A stretch of 64,000 nucleotides of DNA from the NCBI GenBank assembly GCA_036172245.1, contig JAYWIR010000023.1:2666001-2730000 (forward strand), in the 5' to 3' direction. A program made the position numbers and the translations under genes. The notes beneath the pieces are model-generated. The model worked only from the letters and a program-made list of their open reading frames with translations. It did no database searches and was not told the origin of the DNA. The stretch is from Raillietiella orientalis. Lineage: Eukaryota. This document shows, one piece after another, positions 12,601 to 26,500 of the stretch; position 1 is the stretch's first letter, and each line of letters opens with the position of its first letter.

Positions 12601-14148
12601 TGTTTTTCATGGATTTTCTAGTTTTTGGATTCTTCACTCCTGGATTTCTTATACATAGATAAAGTTTAATCTTTGAGTTTTCGACGAGCTCGAAAGGAAA
12701 GCAAAAGCAGAAGCAGAGAGTTTTGAAGAGTTTTGTAGAATGTTGATTATTCTATTGAAGTCAGCAGATTAAAGCAGTTCATTAATCAATTCAGAGATTA
12801 CAGATTAGATCATTACAGCTTGAATCAGAGATTTAATTCTCAAAACCCCATAACCACGGCAACTTGTTTAAGACGACTGAATGATTTCAAACAAAAGAAG
12901 CTTTCACGTGCCTGCTAAGATCGAAACACTGTTAAACATAATTAAAGCTAAAGTCGTGTACACATGTGTCTAACAAGCCAAAGAGAAATCTGGGCAGATC
13001 GATTACCATCGATGACACCGTGGATGATATTTAAATGCAAGAAAGTCGTTCACTGCCGATGATTGGTTACAGCAGAACCTCTGTAATTACCATCATTTGA
13101 TTGAAGGCAAATTAAATGGAGGCTGATTGACAGTATTGTAGCTGCACTGTAAAAGATATTCCTGTTTGTCAGACCCATTGCAACGGTTGATAGACTTAAA
13201 AATCCATTTGAACAGAGGACTCATAATTGGTCTAAATGGCATGAATTCAGAAAGCCAATAGCAGTCCATTAATGCTGAAGTAGTGTGTCCTAGAAAACTG
13301 TGTATCTGGAAGTATTTAAATTTGGTTCTTGGTTCCCTGTTTTCTGCAAAGGAAAAGCTGTGTTTGGAATTTTTCAGACCTTCAGTTCGGAGTGCATGGG
13401 ATACCTTTTCATTGGAATGCTATCATGGAGTGCTCACCGAACGCATTTTTGGAACGCAGTTTTCCCACTGAAAAACTCGCATAAAAACCACTCAGCCTAC
13501 CAGCTATTTATAGCAAGGAAGACTTCCAGTGAAATGAATGCCATTTTGTTTTATCCTTTTTTTTTACTGAGGAATCAGTGCATTTCATCAAGAAGCTTTT
13601 CCGGCGTCACAGCGAACTTCCAGAGAACAGCTCTTGTGGATGGAGGTTCCTTCTAGGTTTCAGGAAAAGCGGAAAAGAGCGATATCTTCGAAAGTCATTT
13701 ATTTGTTCCCGTTCTAACGTACCAAATATTCTTTTTGGGAACAACCTTTTTTTCTGATTGCAAATATGAGTTTTTTTTCTTCTTTTTTTTCTTTGTGTCA
13801 TGTACTCACCCCGCTCGGAGTAGCCAAACACTTGCTAGATTTCTGCCACAGTTCTTGCACTTCGGACGAAAAACGAGCCCTCTGATTTGAAATCCGAAAC
13901 TATTCGAAAATATACACCTTATTCAGTCTGCCGTGTGAAATTCAGCATCGCGATGATTTAGCAGGATTCGTACGGTGTTAACCCTAATGGAGTAGGATTA
14001 GGAAAGTCATCAACCTCGGACAAATCTAGGGACACCATTCGAATACTCATTCCCATACTAAGATTTTGAGGTGCTTGTTCTATGCCGTCTGGATCTGTCC
14101 AAATTGGAAAGTGAAAACAATCCAGAGAATTTTCTTTGTTCCTGTTCC

Positions 14149-15827
14149 AAAGGGAGCTGTATGATGAAAATCAGAGGGTTCTTTCTAAAAAGCCCCAATT
14201 TCTTTCCCTTGTTTTCATAGTAAATAAAATGTCCAGGGCGAAAAAAAAGGAGCAGCCCACTGTTCTCCAAAGGGTCTTTGAAGCAATTTTAGCTTTCTTT
14301 ATTCCTGTCGAGTTGCGAAAATCCAGATTTCTAAACGATATTGCTGACCAGTGGAAATGCTCAAAACACTCTGGAATTATACATCTAGGGAGCATTCGGG
14401 ATATTTCACACTGCCAACATGCTTGTTAAGTTCGATTTGAGAAACCCACTTTTTCATATATACCCGATTCGAGTAACCAGCATTAGATTTGTATTTAAGA
14501 TTTCTGGTTAGAAATCACCTTCAGTGTCATCACCTGTCTCCAAGCTCGGAGTAGTAGCAGACAGAAGGCTTTCAAACATGTTGGCATTCCACAGCCATTC
14601 AAATCCTAGCTTTCTTCATGGTCATCGTCTTGAATGCGCTTTGGCTAGGACATTAAGTTTTGCTTTATATCATTTTTTCTTGGTCAGAAATTTTCTCCGA
14701 GAGCTCAAGCGTGGCTGTAGGAACGGTCATGAACCTTATTTGCAAACACTGCTTTTCCGGATGGTCAGTTTTGCTCCACCGTGTAGACAAGCGCTTCCTT
14801 TCCTCGTTTTTAAGTGTCTTTTCGATCTGCTAGATCCAGACCGTCATCTCTTCGTCATTTTCCCTAAACTTTTGTTGACGAATGAATAAAGAGACTGAGT
14901 TGGATGAAAGTGTCTCTCCTACTTATTTGTTGTTGTTCCAGAGCTTCAGCAGCAGTCTTTCCTCTGTCCCTTCTGTTCCGGTGTCAGCTGTCATGGAGCA
15001 AATCGTGAACAACTTTTAAATATCTCAGTTTCTGGAACGTCGTCTAGGTATGTCCTTCACTGATTCCAACCTGCAGTTGTAAATTGATGCAAGTTACACA
15101 TCGATGTTTTTCCAGATGATTTCATCGGCAACTTGTACATGCTCGAGTGTCAAGGTCAAGATTTAGAAGTCTTTGTGTGGTTCGTCACGCAGGTTGGTGT
15201 TCTCCTTGATTGTTTCTGACAAACGATTCTGACAATCCCAAATGTTGCGCCAGAATTGTGCTTCATCGGGAGTGGGGCTTCCGCGAAAGTTCTAGGGATT
15301 TAAATATTTAATAGGTGCGGTTTCGTTAGCAAACGCTTTTTTAAACACTTCGTCTCCTGGGCATCTGGAGAAACGTCTCGAAACTGTAGGTGAAGAACGC
15401 GATGTCCAAAAATGGTGAATGTCCATTAGCTTTCTTCAGATCCGGCTGTTTTTTTGGCAGAAAATAAATACATGGGCCAAACCGTATTGAGTAGTGTTAT
15501 CAACACATTAAAAAAAAACACACAAAAAAGATACAAGCTCTGTATCTTTGATCACGTTGCAGGCGTTTGTCGCAACCAGATGTCAGTATTACTGAATTGC
15601 ATGAACTTCAACATGAGAGCTGAAAATGAAAAATTGAAAAAAGTGATGAGACTTTCTTAGTTTGCCATTTCGCCATCTGAGCAGATAAGATTGCTCCAAA
15701 GACCCTTTGGAGAACAGTGGGCTGCTCCTTTTTTTCGCCCTGGACATTTTATTTACTATGAAAACAAGGGAAAGAAATTGGGGCTTTTTAGAAAGAACCC
15801 TCTGATTTTTATCATACAGCTCCCTTT
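14149..15827. mobile_element. Non-autonomous TIR DNA element (~1.68 kb) with ~139-bp near-perfect terminal inverted repeats
   Basis: 14149-14287 is the reverse complement of 15690-15827 with 2 substitutions and 1 indel; termini AAAGGGAGCTGTATGA. No transposase and no clear TSD, so superfamily not assigned (Kolobok-like ends possible). Confidence 0.75.
14560..15420 (-). mobile_element. Decayed, internally deleted R4/Dong-like non-LTR retrotransposon fragment inside the TIR element
   Basis: Minus-strand translation gives PTPDEAQFWRNIW (cf. PxxEExxxFWxxIW), LTPEQKGQRKD (cf. LxEEQKGCRK) and YKAKLN (cf. LKSKLN) in the expected order, with stops and frameshifts. Confidence 0.5.
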
Positions 15828-17029
15828 TAAACGTTCTCCGAGCGTGTTTTTTTTTTACTTTCTAAATACCCAAATGTCAGATTCTGGATTGTGGAGATCA
15901 TGTGGCCTCTATCCCAAAGTAGTCGTAAGCGATATGTACTGCAATAGCACTCTTGCGTATTCTCGAACTTTTCAAATACAACGAACTGTGCCCTACCATG
16001 AGAAATCGAAAGTTCCAGCAAGCTAGCGAAGAATGATACAGTGGTTTCATGTGAGATTGGGGGAACAGTCTTCAAAGGCTTTTCATGTATTGCCATGAAG
16101 ACCGATATGCTTTGAGGAGCTGATGGGTCCTACTCCATCTCCGATCCATAAGAAAAGCCTTATGCCAACGCAGGACTCCGCATTGGGACAGCTCCTGTTA
16201 TGATCACCTATGCGAATTCTTGAAAGAGCTTCTGTATTTATTTTTCGTTCCAGCTGCATACAAAACTCACTGCAAAACGGTAGCTGTTTTTCATTTTTGC
16301 AGTCTCTAAGTGGGCGCAACAGGCCTTTTACTTGAAAAAAAATATTGATACATTCTTCACAAGGTTCGTTACCAACTTCACTTACTGATTCTAATTGACT
16401 ATTAGGTATTCGTTGGACAATCCGACGCCATTGAAATCAAGACGGCGTTGCCGACTCCCATTTCACCGCCTTCCCTGGTTATACGTGTTTTGGTCCAGAA
16501 ATCAATCAGAAGTATTCAAGAAAAATGATGTAATTTTTATGTGGAGATCGCATCTATTTACTGAATTAATAGTGTTTTAATGTAGAATTCTACGAAGGGT
16601 GGTAACTCTGTTGTGCAAAAGGAAATACGCTGGGGTGCCTGCTTACAGCACTTCTTTGGCAAGAAGAGAAGGCAAATGTAAGTCATAGACAACAAAGTGA
16701 CCAACTTGGAAGTGCAATGCATCTATCGAACACAAACACTGCAAAAGAGTTTTCTTTCTCTTATTCTTAAAACTTTCGTTTCGAGAAAAACAATGCCTCT
16801 GACATAAATGTCTGAAGCAGATGAAACTTAATCTTGAACTCGACGTGGCAGATAATTATTCAAAGGCACGAACACGTGTGTTAGAACGGAGGGCGTTGAG
16901 GAAAACAGTAATGATTACGGCAACCATTCGAATGAAGATGACGGTTTCGGATCAAATCCTTTCGATTTTCACATAGATTGTAAGCAGGTAATAATGAAGA
17001 TAATAAATGGGATAGAAATATTCATAACT

Positions 17030-18900
17030 GATTAGAGGAAGTTTTGCTGAGAAATCAGAAATCGATTCGAATGACCGATTTTCTGCTCGGTTCATCAAAA
17101 TACGGGAAATGCTTACACGTTTCATGTATGTAATTTGCTTCGTAAAATGATGTGCTCTATGGTAAGTAGGTCTCTTGATTCCGCAAGAACTTCCAGTGCT
17201 GCTAGGAACCTGGAGCACATTACCATAGAGAAACCCGAAAAATAGAACTTCCAATTCTAGGCATGTTGAAGTTACACAACGTAGGTGGATGTAGCAGTCC
17301 AAGGAGACAAGCATTTTTCACCAGAGAAATTCAGTCTAGAATTTGCAAGCAAAAGACAGACAAAAAGCAAAACAACAGAAGGAAGTTACAGTAGAATATT
17401 CCTTGGATACAGTTTAATCATCGATTTTCAAAACTTATTCGAATAATTCAAAATTCAGATGTTCAGAATTGCGAAATACGACTGCAGTGCCTTATAGTGA
17501 GATGTGTTTCCTCTAGAGTCAGATGACAAAGAACATCTTCCATGCCGAATTATCATTAAGAAAAGAAGTCTTACTGTGATGCAACCGAAGTCCCTGATTT
17601 TAATGAGCGAAACAGGGGCTTTCAAAATGCTATCAGCTGGTGTGTCTGAGGCCTGCTTTTAGCGGAGTTCGATATGTGCTGTCATCAAAATAAATTTGGG
17701 GGCTGTCGAAGACTCATAATTTCCATTTAGGAAAACATGCGAGCTTACAGTAAGTGAAAGAAACATTTAGCGGATGGTTGCTAAGGGTCAGAAATTCTAT
17801 TTTTCCCTGAAAGGGAAGGCACAAGGACATTTAAATGGTGTAAATGAGTTTCACAGAACCCAGTGACGCAGAGTTTCGATAGGGTTTCATGTAATTTTTT
17901 CTATTAAAGGAAAATGCTAGATAGCGATCCAAAGTAGATATCGTAAATCCTCGATTGCAAAGGACACCTCCAAACATTGAGCGACTAGATGAGACAGATA
18001 CGTGAAGATTTGAACTATTTGAGCAGATTTGGATTTGTAGTCTTGAATTGCTGAAATTATCTCTAATGAAACGGCGCATATAAAGTGCATCAGTAAGTTG
18101 CTGGCAAGTAATAAACGAAAACTCCCTCACAGATCAGAAATACCTATTTAGTTGCAGAGCTACTTCAAATAGGACGTAATTCACGGCATAATAAAATAAA
18201 GCTTTGTTGGGGTCCACTTGGTGAACACAATCCAAAATCTTGTAGGAATGGAGTGAAAAAAGAATGCAGTAGGAATGCGGGCAAAATATGAGACAGAATA
18301 AAATGCTGAAAGCTCCAAGGGATAAAGACAATAAAGTCTCTCCTTACACACAAATGGGGAATCATTTCTTTCCAAGTTTTTCATATCACCACAGAAAATT
18401 AGCTGAAATCCGCTCGCAGGATACTAAGAACCGTACATAAGCACGAGAAGGAGAGCAATACCTGGATAAATGAAGCAGAAACGTAGTGTAACGCTTCTCC
18501 ACGACACTCCACAGAGTGTGGTTTTCCCGCCTGCGGTGCCACCCTTGCGTAGTAGCAGTCTCCCCCAAATAATCCTGTTGAACTTAAGGCTGGTAATCGG
18601 AACTGCTTCTCTCACACTTCGTGGCTGCTTTTCCATTCAGGACTGCGAGAAGACAGCGAATCCTTAGGAATGTTACCAGTCGACAGCAAGTCCCTTAGGA
18701 TCCAAGGTTGGTGGACAACGGCATGATGTACGCGAAAGAGAGGAATACGTAAGGGGACCCACAGCCACAGTACTTCGCAGAGCTTCTCGCGTAAGCACCT
18801 ACTATTAGAGAAGACTCACCGAATGCAAATCAAGGTGTGCTGCATAATGGAGGCATCTGGGAAGTGGGGCATCGGAATTGCAACAGGAGTGTGTCGGTAT
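17030..18900 (-). mobile_element. Decayed I/Nimb-group LINE ORF2 remnant
   Basis: In order on the - strand: RLVTFLRIRCLL (cf. RLxWxLE..LL), CSPSRAYVR (cf. FLSxRxFxVR), RGFTIS (cf. GFxFS), NQGLRL (cf. HNxGLRLA) and LLTIEHIIL (cf. LTVxHIL C-terminal zinc knuckle). Confidence 0.55.
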
Positions 18901-20024
18901 CCTCCATTAGGACATTGGTATTAAATTAAACTGCAATGAGAGCCGATTACGCAAAATTATGCAGATCGACTAATTTAAGGATTATTATTCATTCGAGCTG
19001 AGACTGAAGCTGAAGACAATAGCTATTATTGGTAACAATTACAGGATGAAAACAATAGATTCCTCCAGGGTAAACTTTTTAATGGCAGCAAAGATGTTTG
19101 CTGATGTAGTTGTTTATTCCGGTGGATGTTGTGTTTCCATTACAACACTTCGGTTGTTGTGAGGAAGCTCGAGATCAGCATCCTAAATTTCCGTGTGGTT
19201 CCGAACTTATTGTGGGAGATATTCGGTACTTCTCCCATAAACACACACGTACACGAGTCTTTTTTCCTTTTTCATCTTTCGAAGGATGTAGGCAAAGGAA
19301 ATTTTCAGAGTATTCTCAGGCACAGTCTCGTACCCACGTTGTAAACAAAAGAAATGAGGAAAAGATGGCAAACAAAAAAGAAATGTGAAACATAAAAACA
19401 AAAATTCTTTTTATGTCCACGTTCGTCCTAAGAGTGGAAGTCCGCTTGCCAGTCTGGATTGAGGGACTATCTAATTTGAGGATTCAGGAGCTGCTGGGCA
19501 CGCCTCAACTGAGAACTGGAATCAATTTGGTCTTTCATGAGTTCAGTGAGAAGCTGCATTCTAAAATAACTTCCAGAAATTCTTTGACATCAAAGACTTT
19601 TGATCTGAAGTTTTTTCCAGGTTTCGCTTTTTCCGTTCATTCCTGAAGTCACTATAACACACTTTTGTTTATTCAACAGAGGGTGTGCCGAGACTCAGCG
19701 AAAATGAAATTGTCGAAAGGTAGGCAATGTTTGTCTAAGGTCACGGATTTGCAGTTACAACTTGAACATCCAACACAAAATAAGTCAATGTTTATAAGAA
19801 AATGACCAAACTGCTGTCTGATCACCCAATAGTTTAACGTTTGATTGAATTTTCGTCTGTATCATCGCAAAGTAGCACCTCTTGTTTAATATTTCAAGGC
19901 CAGTTCACCGTTTCGAACATGCACAGAATGTGGCATGTACACAAAACCATTTCTTCAATGAAATCATTTCTGGAGTAGCTGTTGGAGCAGTTGCGATTTT
20001 GTCACAAACCACGAACACAACGAG

Positions 20025-20027
<3 letters not shown>

Positions 20028-20070
<43 letters not shown>
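20028..20070. repeat. Poly(T) tract, 43 nt
   Basis: Seen directly. Confidence 0.95.
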
Positions 20071-20076
<6 letters not shown>

Positions 20077-20209
20077 GATGCTCACCTATGGCATTTCAAA
20101 ATATGTTTAAAGTGCAACGGATGTTGTCAAAAACCTAAAGTGGAAACTTGTGGAACGGCGATGTGGCTCTCCCAGATCCATTCCACATCCTTGCCCAAGA
20201 GTTCAATGC

Positions 20210-20320
20210 CGCACTCCTGCCTCGCGCCACTGCGTCGGCGCGATATAAGCGTGCGCGCGCGAGAGCCGGAAGGTTCGGCCGGCTTCCGGAAGAGGCGCTG
20301 CCGACAGGAGTGCCAGTATA
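20210..20320 (+). promoter_or_regulatory. CpG-rich putative promoter of the sulfotransferase
   Basis: Local CpG/GC island in AT-rich context. TATAAG at 20244-20249, ETS-like CCGGAAG at 20266-20272 and palindromic CTTCCGGAAG at 20283-20292, about 200-300 bp upstream of the inferred start codon. Confidence 0.5.
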
Positions 20321-20508
20321 GAGGAATGACAGTAACTGGAGCATGCTAGTAGGAAGATGGCTGCTAAGCGTTGATGTAGTGTGGTGGTGATGAAGTCCAT
20401 GAAGTCCATGGCCTATGCTGCGGAAAAGCAGTGCTTGCCTGATTAGGATGACGAAGAGGACATAAGAAGCGTCATTCGGATCACGAATTCCCACCCCCCG
20501 ATAGGAAA

Positions 20509-20536
20509 ATGAAATTCAGTTTGCCTAAAAAGACAG
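20509..20536 (+). CDS. Sulfotransferase coding exon 1 (MKFSLPKKT/G)
   Basis: aaaATG context and CAG|GTGATC donor. Phase 1 matches the next exon. Lies downstream of a CpG-rich promoter-like patch. Inferred, not proven. Confidence 0.55.
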
Positions 20537-23500
20537 GTGATCTTTTTAATCTGTGCAATTGCAGTGTTCGAAAAATGACATTTTCAATTACTACAGCAAA
20601 GAGCGTTTAAAAAATATATATATATATATATGTGCGTGTTTGGTGCCCTAGGCTAAAATTAAAGGTGATGATGTTCTTGCTGTACCAGGCAGCCTGAGTT
20701 GGAGCATTTTTGTCCTGAACGTGGGAGCCAATTGAAGTTGCTCGCACTAATGTTCTCCCAAGGCGGTTAATCAATTGAACTGATGGGATTTTTTTTTTTT
20801 TTTTTTAAAGTGTAACTGTAGGAAGCTGTTTCCATTTTCCTGCAGAAAGAAAAACTCTCAGCTACCACTCCATGCATCAAATTATGGTAGCATGTTTGAG
20901 CATGTTCTTCGGAATGGATTTTTGCTATCCATTTGGAACCCCCTTTTTCTGTTTCTTGTGTTCGTGCTTCATGTGGCGAAAAAGCTGGCTAGGATCGCAT
21001 TTCCTTTGTGCCCAATCTGTTATGGGTGTAATTAATACAATTGTAGGGATTGAGGAAAGCAGGAAGAGCTAAGTAATCATGCAGTTTATCCCCGGAGTTC
21101 CGTTTCCATCCCATAAGGAAACGTGATCCTTGATCTTGGATCCGGACTTTTGTGAAATCTGAGGATTATTTACTAATACCTTTTGGAATATGTTTCATGT
21201 TTTGAACATAACGACGGTGGAAAGCGAAGGAACATGAAGCCGAGCAAAAAAAAAAAAAAAAAACAATTTTTCTTCCAGGAGACTGGGAAGCTAGCTTCAA
21301 GCTAGCTCATCTTGTTGAAGTTTGGTGTAGGGCTTTCGAGGTCTTCCTTCTTTCCCCTGGGTCTCGTCCCATGGGATCCCAATTTTCCCGTTTCGTTGTG
21401 CGCCTCGGTTACCAGTCTTCGGCATCGAGTTTCTGTAAATGGACGCGAGCTGTAAATTCCTGTGTACGAAACTTTTAGAGATGGTTGGGAAATATTCACG
21501 TCTCTGAGTATGTGATAACGCGGTACTCATTTGCATGTTCGATAACAAGAACACATGGTTTCTGCTGTGGTGTATTCGCGCGTTTTCGTTTCGTTCTCCA
21601 CGTGACGGACATCCAATGCTGTTGGATGAAGTGGGGCTTGCGGTCACGTTGTGTCTGTTGCATTTACTTACTTCCAAAGCGTAATGGGAAAATAAATAAA
21701 TAGTATCTCGCACTACATTCAAAACTTCCCATCCACACGGGCATCTACTGTTTTTTTTCTTTTCTTTCTGGGGTTTCTGGATCCGTGCTCCGAATCAGTG
21801 CACCCATCTGCGGAATTCTTCTTGGCGGGACGTTTTCCGAAATTAAGGAGCCATCAGGATTTAACTTTGCAAGTCCCGGGTGCATTCCTCACTTAAGTTT
21901 GCTAGCGACCGCTCACTGTGTGACTTACCTTCAAAACCAAAACGCCCAATAGGAAATTTTTACGGTCTTCTCGTGTAATTCAAAACTCCAATTTAGTTAA
22001 ATCAACGTTAGTTGTGCCTTGTTCTTGCTTTGCCTGCTAGGATAAATAACTGGATTTTTTCGTATAGGGTTGTAGTAGTGCTGGAATCGAAAAATCTGCT
22101 GACGACCGATGTGCAGATGGTTGGTCAGCCAGCTTTCTGTGCATAAGTGTGTTTGTTCGTCTGGGAGGCCCCCTGTGAAAGAAGGGCCAACTCGAGCTTT
22201 GCTAAAGGGGAGGATGGCTTGGTTGTGCTCGCAGTTTCGACTGGTGGAGCATGCGCAAACGAGGAGCACGGGAAGAAGGTCTTTCCCCGGCAGCTTTTTC
22301 TCCAGAATGCGTGGTCCATGCAGGTCGGTGGAGGACCATCGTATTTGCTGACTGTTCTCGAAACCAGCATTCATTTGGTTTCCATCTCAGCCGTCGAAGG
22401 CAGTGCGTTTTCTACCAGATGTTTGTTTAACAGCTTGAATCAGCCCACGGTCAACATGCTGAGATGAATCCCCAAGGTGCTTTAAAGATTAATAAAAGTC
22501 GTGCTGAATTTTTTCCGTCTTTCGAACCAAGCAAACGCGCATCCTACCTCTTTCAGAGAGTCTCCCCGAGTATGCAGAGGTGTTTCTTGTTCCTTCGACT
22601 GAGTTTTAGCGTTATCTGTCTTTTATTTTTGGTTTGCATCTCTCGATGTGCTTCCTCGATAAGGTCTTGTTTCTATGCACGAGGGCTCCTGAAAATTCTT
22701 CGGATTCTCGTCCTTTGTCCTCTTTGTCGTGATTTTTCAAAAGCAGAGGCAAAGAAGTTTAACTGGCGATTTGACTTCCAAGTTTCCGTATTCTATTCTG
22801 CCATATTGAAATACATGGACGTCTTCCAAACACAAAAAGAATTCCTATTTGAATGTTTCCTGTTTTTCCTTCTTTGTGTTGCAATTTCTGTTCGAAAGTT
22901 TGTAAACACATGTTTTTTTGTTTTTTTTTAAATAACTAATCTAGATGTTTCTTTTTGTCTTGTTCCAGGGCATAAGGTGCTGGCATTTCTCACATTTCTC
23001 GGAATCATGTGGTTTGTGTTCGTGTTGGTCTATTACAAAACTCAAGACACCTATTACACCATGGTTGGTTGGTTGCAAAATTTAGACGTAAGCCATCTTA
23101 TGACGTATGCTGAAACTTGACCAGTAAATGTTGACATTCGCATGTTTGATTTGAGAACGTAAATAGATTTTAAACGGCTGCTGATCAATTAATCTTGGTG
23201 TGAATGTGAGTGAAAAGATGAAGAACAATCGGTTCATCTCAAAAAAACAATTCACGCTGCTCGCAAGGTTTCCTTGTTTGCATCCGTAAATTCTTCACTG
23301 GAATACACTCCTCCCCCCCATCCTCTCTAGAAATCAAACTGTCTGTAAAGGCGAAGATGTTTTGCTTGAGATAGATTCCGAACTCATCCCAACGTGATGC
23401 TAATTTGATGATTGTTTTATAACACATGAAGAGGGCATTATACGCTTCCCGTCTGTTCACATTTCAGCTGCTTACGCCAGATACTGGCATCGGTATTTAT

Positions 23501-26500
23501 CATTTTTTTTTTATGCTATTCTTTTGGTAGACAGCCGTATTATGATTAACATTAATATGGGATGGTATTAAATGTGTGGTGAATAAAAGAAGTGGAATAA
23601 AAGGAAATGGGTGAATAAAGAAAGTGGAAGAAAAGCGATAACATAGGGAAATAAAGGCCTGCGGTGGTTTTTTTTTTGTAATGAAAAAATCAAAAAAACA
23701 ACTTACTTCCAGGGTAGTGAAAAAGAATAACAAACTTAAAATTCCGAGTTAGACACAAATGGATTCATCCAAAAAAAAAAATTTGATTAATTGCTATTTG
23801 CTGACGGCTATATGTTTGAGATCATTGACCATGGAGCACGGTTTCAAACTAAGTCGAGGTCGTAGTTTGTGTTTATTCTTTATTGACGTTGCAACTGCCT
23901 ACACCCGTTGCAAAGGTTTTCGATTTTCTTCACGGATGCTCTTTTGGATATTTGCTCAGAATAGTTGTATTGTGAAGTAAAAACATGGATGATGGAGTAT
24001 TTGATGATGTATTTGACGATGTATTTGATGTGGAGGAGCGAAAAAAGCTGCATACCAGTCATTGACTGAAACTACTAGGTTATCTACAGACTATGAAAAA
24101 TGGAATGAAATCGCGAGATATCCTGCATTCCTTTTCACCAATGAACATTTAGTACTCTGCTATGCAACTAAGGTACAAAAATAAAATAGGTCTGCTTTTG
24201 CGAGAAGCTTTCTAAATACCAACTGTAATGGGCTAAAATGAGTTAGAATAATTCTGTGTAGAAATTGGACAGTTACTCCGCGTACATTTATGTAATGTGA
24301 AATTTCGTAAATGATATTTGTAATGAAGTATACTACATGTGCTCTTATGTAGGCTCGAAATATGTAAGAACTAAAAACTGTAAAGCGAGAAACTTCTATT
24401 CGTCCAGAAGTTCACAATTTTCAGAAGTCACAAACTTCATCCCAGAAACTTCTTCCCAATGGCCATTTTTTTCTTTTGGGAGCAGTTTCGAGAAAACTTG
24501 TCTCAATGGGGTTTTCTAATGTAATTTCACGCGATTTGTTGCTACCTGGACTGGTTGGAAATAGGATCTGACCTTTTGATGTTCTGATCTAAGATACGAA
24601 AATAATGAGTATCTGCGCACTCTGATCTGCGTTATTTCTTCTAAATAACTCGCATAATTTGAACTAAATGAAAAATAGAAATATTCATCTTGTTTGTTAC
24701 TGCTTTTCGAGATAGAACTTACGTGAGGATTGAATTCGCTCTTTCAGGCACCTTGTTCACGCTCAACTGCTTTGCAATGATTTGCACAAGTACGTGCTGT
24801 TTGCGTAGTCGAAGCTCACAAAGGATGGGTGTATGACGTCACACTCTCATAGTTTCTTCGAGTCCTGAAGATAGATTGCACATTCGTGTTAACAACAAAA
24901 ATCTCCACAAGACGAGGAAACGATGGAATCGAAAGTAATATAGGCCCAGGCAAGTAATGGACGATCCGTTACTGAGCCTGGAGACAGAATTGTGCGGATT
25001 GCGCTCCTTGTCTGAAGAAACAGTGTTGTTTTCCTGTCACGGCACCGAGTTCAGCTTGAGTTCGAGGAAAGAAGGGAAGCTGGTTGAACCGGCAGAATAG
25101 ACAAAACGTTTGTGGCCACATTCTTGGAGAACGTGTTTGCTCCTCACCCCCTAGTCACTTCAGGCCACAGTGAAAGGTTTTTCGGGTTTCTCAGAGGCTG
25201 TTGTGGATTTCGAGGACCGTCCGAAACAAGTTTCGCACTCTTGTCGGCTACTTGAGAGAACACTGAAAAACCTCATGTCGTGGCAACCAGACCAGCAGTA
25301 CAGAAATGCCGTAGATCGTTTGTTACCGAGTGTTTCCGGCATGTTGATTTTACATGTCATGTCTGAAACTATCTTTCCCTTAGATCACGTTTTTCATTTG
25401 TAACATTTCGTGCATAAAGCTCGGACGATGTATTGGGGATGCGAACTCGCACAAAGCGAGAATCCTGCGAAGAACAAAAGGGGAAGTCATTTTAAGCGAA
25501 CCACGTTAATTTCCTAAAATGCGTCGGTGAATTCTTGATAGGTGATGATCAATGTTGCTCAGTCGCAAATCTCGAGTACATGATTGTTTCCTGATAATGA
25601 CGACTTTCAAGAGAATCTTGGAAGCCGCACGAGTATGGCAGCTCAGCTGAAACTTCTCATTTACTGCTTTTTTACTTACTCATCTCATGTTTCAGTTTCG
25701 CGTTTATGTAGCATGGTGTGTTTGTGCACAGATGCGTGTAATGATCGCGATGTTTTTCGATCTTTTTGAAAGCTTCCTTGCTGACCAATAGTTGGAGCTT
25801 TCAGATGCTTTTTCGCTATCCATGTGCTCCCGTTTAGAGTTTTCAAATCTTGAGTTTCGGCAGGAATTCCTATGCTCATCCGGTTGTCGCAGGTGAGGAT
25901 CAGTTTTTCTCCCGTGATCTGCACTCTCCTTTGGCTATTTGCGCTGGCGGCAGCTTTCTTCTCCGGTAGGAAGTTTACAAGAAAAGAAAGAGAAAGTGTG
26001 TTTAGATGTAGTATGCTCGAGTACGTTTCTTTCGAATTCTTTGAGCGCTGCATATCGAGAGAGCACCACCTTCCTTGGCAAAAGTGACTGGCCAGTCAAG
26101 AGTTACCAAACACTCGAATGGTTTCCGATCTTTGTCTTTTCTCCAAGACAGTGCCTTCCCTCTTCTTTCAGAGGAAAACAGTTGGGAATCATCTGCTTGG
26201 TATTTCGACTTCTGTTGCTCGTTTCCTTACTCTCGTTCCTTCTTCGGTAATATACTTTGTGCTCTTTGATCTCTTCTGTGTCAGCTTTGAATTATTTCAA
26301 AGATTTTCGGTCTTGCACTCCGCGTGAACAAAATTTGCAAAAGTATAGTCCCATTGTTTCAAAATTTCGTGTCATCTTCCCATGAGATAAAACGTTTCCC
26401 CAAACCTTTAGTTGTTACGAGCTACCAAGGTAACGCGAAGAGATGGATTGCGTTTAGTGTTATGTTTTTGAACAGTTTTAGTTTACAAAGACTGTTTGAG

